The notes beneath the pieces are model-generated. The model was given only the letters and a program-made list of their open reading frames with translations, was not told the DNA's origin and did no database searches. Shown here piece after piece: positions 1 through 8,596 of a DNA stretch of 64,000 nucleotides (positions are counted from its first letter, which is position 1; the number at the start of each line of letters is the position of its first letter). A program made the translations under genes and the position numbers. Source of the DNA: Candidatus Aenigmatarchaeota archaeon (GTDB lineage Archaea; Aenigmatarchaeota; Aenigmatarchaeia; CG10238-14); NCBI GenBank assembly GCA_030018415.1, contig JASEGC010000001.1, positions 129,971 to 193,970 of the forward strand, in the 5' to 3' direction.

Positions 1-634
1 TAAGAGGTTGCAGTACATATGTGAAAAGGAAGGAATAAAATGTGGTAAAGAAATTCTTAAACAACTAGCAAAGAGATCTGAAGGGGATCTACGCTCGGCT
101 ATTAACGACTTGGAAACTCTTTCTAGGAAGGGAGAAATTAAACTCAGCGACCTGGAAAGTTTGGGTACGAGGGAAAGAGAAACGAGCATCTTCGATGTGT
201 TGAAGATGATATTCAAGACTAAGACCGCATTAGCAGCAAAGTTATCGATCCAAAACTTGGATAAAGACCCTGATGAGATTTTTCTATGGATAGAACAGAA
301 CATCATAAACGAATACGAGAAACCGGAAGAAATCGCAAAGGCTTACGAAATTCTATCGAGAGCGGACATTTTTATGCAGAGAACGAAGAAGAGACAGAAT
401 TGGAAATTCCAAAAATACATGATCGATTTGATGACTGCTGGCGTTGCTTTAGCAAAGAAAGAGATGTACAAAAAATTCACAAGGTACCAATATCCTGATA
501 GGATAAATTTCCTTAGGAGGACGGAAGTTGAAAGAGCAGAAGAAAAACAACGTTTACTAGAGCTTTCCAAACGATTGCATTGTTCAACAAAAAAAATAAA
601 AAAAGAATTCTTGCCATTCTTTAAGGTCGAGTAA
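1..634 (+). CDS. rfcL: Replication factor C large subunit, C-terminal part (5' end upstream of window)
   Basis: Frame is open from nt 2. The SEGDLRSAINDLE clamp-loader AAA+ lid motif is followed by a helical C-terminal domain; stop TAA at 632-634. Confidence 0.7.
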   Translation, partial: KRLQYICEKEGIKCGKEILKQLAKRSEGDLRSAINDLETLSRKGEIKLSDLESLGTRERETSIFDVLKMIFKTKTALAAKLSIQNLDKDPDEIFLWIEQNIINEYEKPEEIAKAYEILSRADIFMQRTKKRQNWKFQKYMIDLMTAGVALAKKEMYKKFTRYQYPDRINFLRRTEVERAEEKQRLLELSKRLHCSTKKIKKEFLPFFKVE

Positions 635-1001
635 CATTGAAGTTTGTCTTAAGTGTAACTTTCTGGGACACCAAAACCATCCTTATGTTGACGATACTTG
701 CTTCGACTGTATAATTGAAAACAAGGTCATACCCTTTCTCACTAGCCATTCTCTTCACAAAATTCGTGTAGTTTGCGAGATTATTCTTTAAAGTGTTATC
801 GTCAGTAGAACTTATTTTAACTGTTTTAATCGCTTTTTCTTTCACGTTTTCAAAGAATGATTCTTCTCCTCCTATCACAGTTTGAGAAGTATCCACAAAA
901 CTATAAGGGTTTATGTACTTACTCAAAGTGTAGAAAACCCCGACTATCACAACAGTAGTAAGGACGAAAAACTGAGCTTTCTTACCGGATAAATTGAGCA
1001 T
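621..1001 (-). CDS. Small pilin-like protein with class III (type IV pilin-type) signal peptide
   Basis: Internal Met 1001 gives MLNLSGKKAQ/FFVLTTVVIVGVFY: basic residues, a small residue, then a hydrophobic helix, as in archaeal prepilin signals. The longer ORF-track start would overlap DUF424 heavily. Confidence 0.45.
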   Translation of the reverse strand: MLNLSGKKAQFFVLTTVVIVGVFYTLSKYINPYSFVDTSQTVIGGEESFFENVKEKAIKTVKISSTDDNTLKNNLANYTNFVKRMASEKGYDLVFNYTVEASIVNIRMVLVSQKVTLKTNFNVTRP

Positions 1002-1269
1002 GAGGGACCTCACCAATGAAAATAATATTCTCTTTTGTAATAAACTTTTTTTCGAGAGCAAGCTTAACGATTTCTTTTCCGAGGAGATTGCAGATGTTTG
1101 CCTTCTTCATCGACTCTAAAGCTTTAGCATCATCAATAATTTCTCCTCCATAGAATTTCTCTTCCACCTTAACCTCCAACTCTTTTCCAATTTTTTTACC
1201 AAGCAAATTTTTATCGCAGATGGCAACTATAAAATTCCCTTTAACTGAATGACACTTGCACCAAAACAT
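982..1269 (-). CDS. DUF424-family conserved archaeal protein
   Basis: 95 aa with AICDKNLLGKK and FYGGE motifs typical of the small archaeal DUF424 family. Confidence 0.5.
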   Translation of the reverse strand: MFWCKCHSVKGNFIVAICDKNLLGKKIGKELEVKVEEKFYGGEIIDDAKALESMKKANICNLLGKEIVKLALEKKFITKENIIFIGEVPHAQFIR

Positions 1270-1290
1270 AATGATACAAATAAAGAAAAG

Positions 1291-1638
1291 TTAAACTTTA
1301 AACTTTCTATCCAAATCCCTGATCAAGGCATCGCAATCTTGCTTTATCTTCTCCAAGCTCGCAAGTATCCTCTGTTTTTCCTTTTCCATTTCCTCTACAT
1401 CGTTGTAGATTTGAATAGCCTCCTTGAATGTACTGATATCGACTGATGCGTAAGGTTTTTCATTCATCTTTTTCGTCACTCTTTCACACATACCCGCCAG
1501 CCATTTGTTCATTCCCTCTTTCACTTCTTTCTTTATCAGCTTATTCTTGTCAAGATTCTTCCTCATTATCTTGATTATCGGAGCTGTCGGTAGAGGTAAA
1601 CTTTCAGTTTTTTCTAGATTTTCAGTCAAAACTATCAC
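1291..1638 (-). CDS. Divergent histone-fold protein with C-terminal coiled-coil tail
   Basis: LPLPTAPIIKIMRK...VKEGMNKWLAGMCERVTKKM...VDISTFKEAI aligns by eye to the archaeal histone pattern LPIAPIGRIIK...V..ED...AI. About 45 extra charged residues follow (EEMEKEKQRILASLEKIKQD). Confidence 0.4.
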   Translation of the reverse strand: MIVLTENLEKTESLPLPTAPIIKIMRKNLDKNKLIKKEVKEGMNKWLAGMCERVTKKMNEKPYASVDISTFKEAIQIYNDVEEMEKEKQRILASLEKIKQDCDALIRDLDRKFKV

Positions 1639-1773
1639 CTCAGCACTATAGAATAGCGTTTTTGAAATTTATATAACCTTAGATGCGCCTCAAGACGTGT
1701 TTGTCAACACAAGAGCCTCGTTTAAACTTTTTTTCTTTTCAATTCACCCACAGAATCAAACAGATGGTTACAG

Positions 1774-2163
1774 CTATTTTTGTGCTAATAACGAATAACA
1801 TTGCCCGAAATACAGATTTGTGAATTCCTGTATATCTTTGAAACCAATTTCCTTCAATATTTTTTTCATCTCTTCTGAAGTATAACCATGTTTCACGATT
1901 TTGCTTACTTCACTTAAAATGCTTTTTCTCCAGATGTTCTTCCCGTGAGGGCGAAAAAACCATTCTTCTTCAAGACTCTATGATGCTCTTTTAAATATTT
2001 TTCAAAATCATCAACAAAATGAACAACAAACATAGAAGTTATACCATCAAACATTTCATCTTCGAACGGCAATTGCTCAGCACTTATGTTATGAGTATGA
2101 AGTCTTTCTATATACTTTGTCATAAGCATCAAGATATTTACTTTCCCACACGCTGTTCGTCAT
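1774..2163 (-). pseudogene. Decayed class I SAM-dependent methyltransferase
   Basis: Three frame fragments are present. MTNSVWESKYLDAYDKVYRK ends in a stop. LPFEDEMFDGITSMFVVHFVDDFEKYLKEHHRVLKKNGFF is the post-motif I region. EVSKIVKHGYTSEEMKKILKEIGFKDIQ lies in another frame. The glycine-rich SAM motif I is missing. Confidence 0.55.
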
Positions 2164-2359
2164 ATTTATTAGATTTAAACTAAGTTTTTTAAACATACTT
2201 TACATTGAATAAATGGATTTTTGTTCTTATGATACTCGATGACTGATTTCTTCATCCTAAACATACCCTACACGTAAACGAACTTAAAGCAACATGAGAA
2301 AAGATAGATATTTGTAAACAAATATTTACAGTAAGTTTGAGAGTTTCAGAAACGGGTTT

Positions 2360-2773
2360 TTATATTCTTCTTAAAACGTGTTTGGCTCCACATGCCTCAC
2401 ATTTCAAAAAGATCATCCTTTTACTCTTCTCAAAGTGTGTGTCAGGTCTGTTGCATTCTTTACAATAGACGAATTCGTTCATGTAATCTTCAATTTTTTT
2501 CTCTATGAGACTTCTTATGACTTTTCTTTGAAGTATTAGCCTGTTACCATCCACATGACCAGGGGTCGCTAACTCTTTTAATAAATACTTTGAAAGATGC
2601 TTTAAGTCTCTTCTTAAACTCTCAGCTATTTCAGTGAAGTTGGTTATGAATGTTCTATTGCCTTGAATGTTCGTTTGTGGTGGAGGAACTTCCAACCTAC
2701 TCTCTTTTGTTACATCCTTAGGAATCCTTTCTATAGCTTCTTTCAACATTTCCTCGTATGACTTCATGATCAC
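2360..2773 (-). CDS. eif2b: Translation initiation factor aIF2 beta subunit
   Basis: 137 aa with a central conserved domain and a C-terminal CKECNRPDT...CEACGA zinc ribbon. Confidence 0.85.
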   Translation of the reverse strand: MIMKSYEEMLKEAIERIPKDVTKESRLEVPPPQTNIQGNRTFITNFTEIAESLRRDLKHLSKYLLKELATPGHVDGNRLILQRKVIRSLIEKKIEDYMNEFVYCKECNRPDTHFEKSKRMIFLKCEACGAKHVLRRI

Positions 2774-3507
2774 GCCTTCTTTATTACTCCAGGAGATGGT
2801 TCATAGCAGATACCGTTCGATAACAATTCGTTGACCACTTCTTCGAAGATGCTCTCGGGTAGTTTAGACTCTTCCATTAGTTTTCTAAATTCTACACCCT
2901 CTCCCTTATCCAGCCTCTCTATAACTTCTAAAAGAAGAGGTTTGTAATCTTTTTCTATTGTTTCTTCTTCTGTCGAAAGAGATTCTATTATTCCTTCTAC
3001 AACATCTTCATCTATATGGTATTTTTTTGCTTGTGCCTTGAGTTCTTCTAAATCAGCAAACTTATCCTTTTCATTCTTGATAATTTCTAATGCCTTTTTT
3101 TGCATGAGCAATTGTTTAAGAACTTCTAATCTATGCAAGGATTCATAATTTGGATCTGCGATTTTTTTGACTATGTCTGGGATGATGTATTTTTCATCAG
3201 CGTATTCTCTCACCTTTCCTATCACCATAACAGAGTCTCCGACATCAAGATTATCAAAAATGTTCGAATTCTCCTTGAAAGCCTTTACTCTGATGGAATC
3301 GGAATCGTCATCCACAGTTATATTGGAATAGTTACCATCCTCACTCATGAACTTATCGACTATTGTTGCGACCAAGTTTGCTCTCGATATTTTCTGACCT
3401 AATTCAGTCAAGACATAACTCGGCTCTAACCCTTCTTTTCTCACAAACTTACCGTTTAATATATCAGAAATTCTTGTTTTGATTGCTTTCTGTCTGAGAG
3501 TGTTCAT
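2770..3507 (-). CDS. RPA32/Stn1-like OB-fold ssDNA-binding protein with C-terminal winged helix
   Basis: OB-fold pattern ANLVATIVDKF...IRVKAF...GDSVMVIGKVREY followed by a helical winged-helix-like C-terminus. Lies beside MCM. Confidence 0.5.
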   Translation of the reverse strand: MNTLRQKAIKTRISDILNGKFVRKEGLEPSYVLTELGQKISRANLVATIVDKFMSEDGNYSNITVDDDSDSIRVKAFKENSNIFDNLDVGDSVMVIGKVREYADEKYIIPDIVKKIADPNYESLHRLEVLKQLLMQKKALEIIKNEKDKFADLEELKAQAKKYHIDEDVVEGIIESLSTEEETIEKDYKPLLLEVIERLDKGEGVEFRKLMEESKLPESIFEEVVNELLSNGICYEPSPGVIKKA

Positions 3508-3619
3508 GGTTCTTATATGGATGGATAAAGACTAAAATATAACGATATTCAAAAAAACTTAAACACAAACTCCATCGATGTATGAAGAGAAGTTTGTTAA
3601 TAAAAATATTCAAACATAG

Positions 3620-5626
3620 TTAAATCTTCTGTAAGAAGCCTGGTCTGGGGGCGAACACCATTCCTTCGTTCTTCATCCTTCTCAAGATATCATCAACATC
3701 ATCCACACCTTCTTCCCTCGCTCTTCTTGTTATTTCTTCTTCTGGTATGACTTTACCTATGATATTCGTCAACTCATCTATCACATCCAAAACAATCCTT
3801 ATTTTGCTCCTTTGAGCACTGGTTATTGCACCTTCAGCTCTATCTATATCTATCATTCCAGTCTCGGGTTCGAAACCAAATTGTCTCAAGCTTGTTTTCA
3901 TCAGTCTTATGGCTCTCTCTGCATCCTTGACAGTGACTTTATCGCTCAACCTAATTTTCGCTGATGCTTCTGCTATCCTTATCAACGCTTCATACTGTCT
4001 GAGTGTGATGGATACAGGTGCTTCCTCTCCAGCCTTCGCTCTCATCTTCAGGTAAAAATCTTTGATGATTTCTCCCGCCTCTTTGGTTAAAACTGGATGA
4101 ACATGACTCTTCGCGTATGCGACATATTTCCTGAGTAGTTCTGGTTCGATAACAGGCTTAGCCTCATCTTCGAAATGTCTCATCCTCAAGATATGATCTG
4201 CCAGTTTAGTATCCAATTCTGGGTTGGGTACATCTCTCAGAGCGAACCTTAGGTCAAACCTGCTAAGGAGGACTTCGTCTATGTCAACCTGTTCCCTTAT
4301 TGGAATGTAAGGATCAAACCTCCCGAGTTTTGGGTTACCTCCGGCAAGAACGGCTGTTTGCGCTGGTAAAGTTGCGACGATGGATGCTTTTGCTATGGAT
4401 ATGGTTTCCATGGACATCGCCTCCTGTAGTGCGACTTGATCCTGCGGTGATACCTTTGAGAACTCGTCGATCGCACAAAGACTTCTATTGCTCATGACTA
4501 GTGCTCCTGCCTCCAAAACCCATCCCCCCAGAAATTGTTCATCCCTGACCACAGTGGCTGTCATTCCTGGGCCAGTTACGCCTGTCCCACTAACATACTT
4601 ACCTCTTGGTATAAGTTTAGAAGTTAATTGCATCAATTGCGATTTCCCACTAGCCGGGTCACCAACTAATAAGATATGTATGTTTCCTCTTATCCTTGTC
4701 CCATCTTTCAAAAGTTTAGGTTCTCCACCAAAGAGTTGAAGAATTATCGCCAATTTCACATCATCCATACCGTACATACTTGGAGCGAGTGAAGCGACTA
4801 ATTTATCGTAGATATCTGGATCTTTAGCTAGCTTCTGTATCTTCTTCTCGTCTTCTGGGTCTATGACCAATTCCTCCCATTCCACTTCCACTGCTTCTAC
4901 GTTATTAGCATCTAAAAGTATATCCATCTGTCTTGTTTTTTTACCTGCCACTGTTCTTTTAGGAACTTCCTTCAGTATACCAACAACTTTTATTCTGTTT
5001 CCAGGCTCAGTTTTATTTCGCATCTTGAGTGAAGTCAAATCTTCCTTCAAATAAATCATTATCTCAGAAGGCCTCTCACCAGTCGTTATTTCAAAAGGTT
5101 CTTCTATCGCAATCCATCTGGCATCGTACAGCTTTTGATCTACTTGTCTAAATCCTCTTCTACAACCGCAATCGCATCTTGTTGGCAACTTAATCGTTTT
5201 TTCTTTTTCTGTCTGCACCACAGTTATTCTTTTGTTACAGTCTGGACATTCAAAGACAATTTCAGCTACTTCGGGCCTAATTTCAGATGCTCTCTTAACG
5301 ATTCCGTCAACGCACAACAATTTACCAATGTGTTCTGCCCTGATATTTCTTATCCTGATCTTATTGCTGTCAGGAATGTTAAAAAATCTTACGTGAAGTC
5401 TTCCTTTTTGAGGCAAATCTATTTGTTCAACGGATTGTTCTAAGAGTTCTATAGTTTCTTCAGCTTTTTCTAATATCAAATCTGCTAACTCAGGATCGAA
5501 TCTATCGACTAAGGAAAAATCAACCTCGAGAGATTTCTTACCTTCCATCACAGCCAAAGCCAAGTCTTTGTAGTAATAATCTCTCAAGAATTCTGAAAAC
5601 TTCTCTATGATCTCATCTTTCTTCAT
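3620..5626 (-). CDS. mcm: MCM replicative helicase (no intein)
   Basis: 668 aa. Zinc motif CPDCNK...CDCGC, Walker A GDPASGKSQL, Walker B CAIDEFSK and arginine finger SRFDL are all present. Confidence 0.95.
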   Translation of the reverse strand: MKKDEIIEKFSEFLRDYYYKDLALAVMEGKKSLEVDFSLVDRFDPELADLILEKAEETIELLEQSVEQIDLPQKGRLHVRFFNIPDSNKIRIRNIRAEHIGKLLCVDGIVKRASEIRPEVAEIVFECPDCNKRITVVQTEKEKTIKLPTRCDCGCRRGFRQVDQKLYDARWIAIEEPFEITTGERPSEIMIYLKEDLTSLKMRNKTEPGNRIKVVGILKEVPKRTVAGKKTRQMDILLDANNVEAVEVEWEELVIDPEDEKKIQKLAKDPDIYDKLVASLAPSMYGMDDVKLAIILQLFGGEPKLLKDGTRIRGNIHILLVGDPASGKSQLMQLTSKLIPRGKYVSGTGVTGPGMTATVVRDEQFLGGWVLEAGALVMSNRSLCAIDEFSKVSPQDQVALQEAMSMETISIAKASIVATLPAQTAVLAGGNPKLGRFDPYIPIREQVDIDEVLLSRFDLRFALRDVPNPELDTKLADHILRMRHFEDEAKPVIEPELLRKYVAYAKSHVHPVLTKEAGEIIKDFYLKMRAKAGEEAPVSITLRQYEALIRIAEASAKIRLSDKVTVKDAERAIRLMKTSLRQFGFEPETGMIDIDRAEGAITSAQRSKIRIVLDVIDELTNIIGKVIPEEEITRRAREEGVDDVDDILRRMKNEGMVFAPRPGFLQKI

Positions 5627-6188
5627 AAATCTTATTTTTTAAGGCATTGATATTTTTTAATTTTTCGTATATAGTGCTGACAGCATATTCGATATCCTCA
5701 ACTTTTCTGACACCGGTACAAACAATCTTACCCGAACTGAACAGTAAGAATGCAACCTTAGGGGTTTTCGTCCTGTAGACCAAGCCTGGGAATTGTTCTG
5801 GCTCGTATTCAGAATTCTCTAACTCGAAAGCGATTTTATCCAAGTTTAATCTATTAGGGAGTTGAGCAGAAGCAACTATGTTTTCAACCTGTATTGAATA
5901 TTTCTTGGGGTTTCCAAGCTTTGCTGATCTTATCATTCTCACGACTTTTCTGACTACTTTTCTTACTTCCTCGATGCTTCTAGCCCCAGTACAAACAATC
6001 TTTCCGGATGAGAAGATTAATACAGCTGCCCTAGGGTCTTTCAAACGATAGACCAAGCCTGGGAATTGTTCTGGCTCGTATTCAGTACCTTCCAAATGCT
6101 CAACAATCTTTTCTAGCGGTATTCTGATCATTAAAGATGCAGAAGCTACGATGTTTTCGATTTTTATGTTGAATTTTTTCATCATCAC
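5613..6188 (-). CDS. tbp: TATA-box binding protein
   Basis: Two direct repeats carry IENIVASA...PEQFPGLVYR...LLFSSGKIVCTG. Confidence 0.95.
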   Translation of the reverse strand: MMMKKFNIKIENIVASASLMIRIPLEKIVEHLEGTEYEPEQFPGLVYRLKDPRAAVLIFSSGKIVCTGARSIEEVRKVVRKVVRMIRSAKLGNPKKYSIQVENIVASAQLPNRLNLDKIAFELENSEYEPEQFPGLVYRTKTPKVAFLLFSSGKIVCTGVRKVEDIEYAVSTIYEKLKNINALKNKIYEER

Positions 6189-6243
6189 CCTCCAAGTGAA
6201 ATTCTATTCTATATTTTTTTCGCAAGTATTTATAAAAAACTAC

Positions 6244-6738
6244 TTAAATGTATTCACTCAAAGTGAGTAAAAATTGATTGAGTTTCCAGACAGGCACTAT
6301 GATGGTATCCTCGTGTTTTAAAAGGTCTTCCTCAAACAAAGTAACGATAAGCGGGATAAATTTTGTTTTCTCAGTAATTTTTAATTTACTTTTTGCTATA
6401 GGATTATCTTTGAGGAAATTTTTCAATTCTTCTAATCTGTATTTTTGCCCTTCAACTGCATACTTCAATCCAGTCTTCTTGTATCTTCCTCTACTCCACT
6501 GTTTACAGTCAATCACAAAAACATAATTCTTGTCAAAAGCTAGAATATCAACTTCAAACCTTCTATCAGTCTTGAACCTAAAATTATGGAATGTTAAGAA
6601 GTCATGTTTTTTGAAAATTTCTGCTACGAGTTCTTCAAATTGTTTCCATCCTATCTCTTCAACTATATTTTCAATTTCTTCGCCTGATAAGATTCTATTT
6701 TTAATCTCTTCTATATCAACCATAAATTTAATAAGCAA
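6244..6738 (-). CDS. PD-(D/E)xK restriction-endonuclease-fold protein
   Basis: EVDILAFDKNYVFVIDCKQW matches the D...(D/E)xK nuclease core. Exact family is uncertain. Confidence 0.4.
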   Translation of the reverse strand: MLIKFMVDIEEIKNRILSGEEIENIVEEIGWKQFEELVAEIFKKHDFLTFHNFRFKTDRRFEVDILAFDKNYVFVIDCKQWSRGRYKKTGLKYAVEGQKYRLEELKNFLKDNPIAKSKLKITEKTKFIPLIVTLFEEDLLKHEDTIIVPVWKLNQFLLTLSEYI

Positions 6739-6763
6739 TTAAAAGAGTAAATATAGGATTTGT

Positions 6764-7813
6764 ATGAAAATCAAAGATCAATACATCAAAGAAGCATTGC
6801 TCTATGGAAAATTGAAGAACAAAAAAGTTAGATGTAACACTTGCAACAGACGTTGCATTATTCTCCCAGGTAAATTAGGCTTCTGTAAGACGAGAGAAAA
6901 TAAGGATGGTAAATTATACACATTAGAATATGGTTTGATATCATCGATAAATGTTAACCCAATAGAAAAAAAACCATTATTCCATTTTTGGCCCGGTAGT
7001 GATTGTTTGACGATTGGAAGTTGGTCTTGTACTTTTACATGTCCTTGGTGCCAGAATTATGATATAAGCAAAGTTGAACCAAACATAGAAAACTCGACTA
7101 TCTTAACACCAGAGGAGCTTGTAAACTTAACTGTTAAAGAGAAATGTCAAGGTGTTTCTGCAAGCTTTTCCGAACCTACAACTTTCCTTGAATATTCACT
7201 CGATGTTTTTAAATTAGCAAAGAAAAGGAACCTATATACAAACTTCATTACGAATGGGTACTTTACTCCAGAAGCATTGAAATTGTTGTTGAAATCAGGT
7301 TGCGATGCTTTCAACATTGACATAAAAGGTGATAAAGAAGCTGTAAGAAAATACTGTGGTGCGGATGTAGAGTTTGTTTGGCAGAACACGATAGAAGCAA
7401 GAAAGAAAGGTGCATGGGTTGAACTAACTACTCTTATAATTCTTGGCATCAATGACGATGAAGAATGTTTGAGAGGAATAGCGAAAAGAATTCATGATGA
7501 GGTTGGTGATAGCACACCTTGGCACGTTTCAAGATATTATCCCTGTTATAAGTTTACTGTCTCTCCAACTCCTGTCGAAGCCTTAGAGAAAGCATTCAAG
7601 ATTGGAAAGGAAGAAGGTTTAAAATTCATCTACGTTGGTAATGTGCCTGGTCATAAAGAAAACACTTATTGTCCTAGTTGTGGAAAAGTTTTAATAGAAA
7701 GGTTTGGTTTTAATGTTTTAAGTTTTAATCTAACTAAAGAAAATAAGTGCCCAGAGTGCGGAGAAAAAATCCCGATTGTTGGAAAATTTATTAAACGTGA
7801 AAGAATTTGGTAG
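6764..7813 (+). CDS. AmmeMemoRadiSam-type radical SAM enzyme (PFL-activase-like)
   Basis: N-terminal CNTCNRRC cluster, radical SAM CTFTCPWCQN motif and a C-terminal CPSC...CPEC ribbon. Confidence 0.7.
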   Translation: MKIKDQYIKEALLYGKLKNKKVRCNTCNRRCIILPGKLGFCKTRENKDGKLYTLEYGLISSINVNPIEKKPLFHFWPGSDCLTIGSWSCTFTCPWCQNYDISKVEPNIENSTILTPEELVNLTVKEKCQGVSASFSEPTTFLEYSLDVFKLAKKRNLYTNFITNGYFTPEALKLLLKSGCDAFNIDIKGDKEAVRKYCGADVEFVWQNTIEARKKGAWVELTTLIILGINDDEECLRGIAKRIHDEVGDSTPWHVSRYYPCYKFTVSPTPVEALEKAFKIGKEEGLKFIYVGNVPGHKENTYCPSCGKVLIERFGFNVLSFNLTKENKCPECGEKIPIVGKFIKRERIW

Positions 7814-7857
7814 TTTTGAAAAATACGTTACTCAATTAAAGATGAGGTGGGAAATAT

Positions 7858-8596
7858 TTGAAAATTTTAGGCATCGATGAAGCTGGCAGTGAACATAAGT
7901 CTTAAAATCATAGGCTTATGCTCGCCAAAAGGAGCAATCATCGGTCCACTAGTCATCTGCGGATTAATGACAGACGAAAAGAATGAAAAAAAGTTAAAGG
8001 AAATTGGAGTTAAAGATTCCAAACAACTAACCCCAAAAAGAAGGGAAGGACTTGTAAAGGAAATAGAGAAAATCGCTACTCATATCGTCGTTCTTCGCAT
8101 TCCCGCTTGCAAAATCGATGCCAACAGGAAAAGGGGAATAAACCTTAATCAGATTGAAGCTTTGAAGATGGCGGAGATAATAAACTTACTTGAACCAGAT
8201 AAAGCCATAGTGGATGCACCAAGCTTCAACACGAGTAAATTCAGGGATTACCTTCTGTCAAAAATAGAAAACAAAAATTTTAAGTTAATATGCGAGAATT
8301 ATGCAGATGAAAATTATCCTGTGGTGAGTGCTGCTTCCATCATAGCCAAGGTCAACCGTGATGAAAATATTGAAGAATTGAAGAGGAAAGTTGGTTTTAA
8401 TTTTGGTGTCGGTTATAGTCATGATCCCCTCACCATAGAATTCTTGAATAAGCTAACAAAAGAAAACAGAGGGAAATTGCCTACATACGTAAGAAATACA
8501 TGGGATACCGTCAAGAGAATAAAGAAGGAATACAGCCAGCCGAGAATTTTAAGTTTCTTTAAACAAATGTTCAAGAAGAAAAAAACTACTTCTTAA
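7858..8596 (+). CDS. rnhB: Ribonuclease HII, interrupted by a 40-nt insert (exon 1 7858-7889, exon 2 7930-8596 under the intron model)
   Basis: A TTG start sits 8 nt after GAGGTG. Exon 1 reads MKILGIDEAG, and exon 2 reads GAIIGPLVICG...DSKQL...DAPS...ASIIAK. The catalytic GIDEAG lies in a different frame from the rest. Confidence 0.75.
7890..7929 (+). other. Putative BHB-like (relaxed HBh') mRNA intron in rnhB
   Basis: 4-bp helix 7884-7887/7924-7927; 3-nt bulge AGT 7888-7890; 11-bp stem 7891-7901/7913-7923 with an 11-nt loop; opposite bulge AAA 7928-7930. Removal restores GIDEAGRGAIIGPLV. Confidence 0.55.

Noticed and set aside
621-1061. Full 146-aa version of the pilin-like ORF
   Set aside because: Its first 20 codons overlap the 3' end of the DUF424 gene. 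The internal Met at 1001 gives a proper class III signal-like N-terminus.
7885-7933. Translational bypassing (gene 60-like hop) as the explanation for the rnhB insert
   Set aside because: The take-off Gly codon (GGC 7885) is not followed by a stop. No matching landing codon sits at the required position. The psmA case also fits the same splicing-type geometry, so an intron model is more economical. Bypassing is not strictly excluded.
7877-8596. ORF-track start (ATG 7877) as the real RNase HII start
   Set aside because: Its first 17 residues (MKLAVNISLKIIGLCSP) have no RNase HII similarity. The product would also lack the GIDEAG catalytic Asp/Glu, which is encoded just upstream in another frame.
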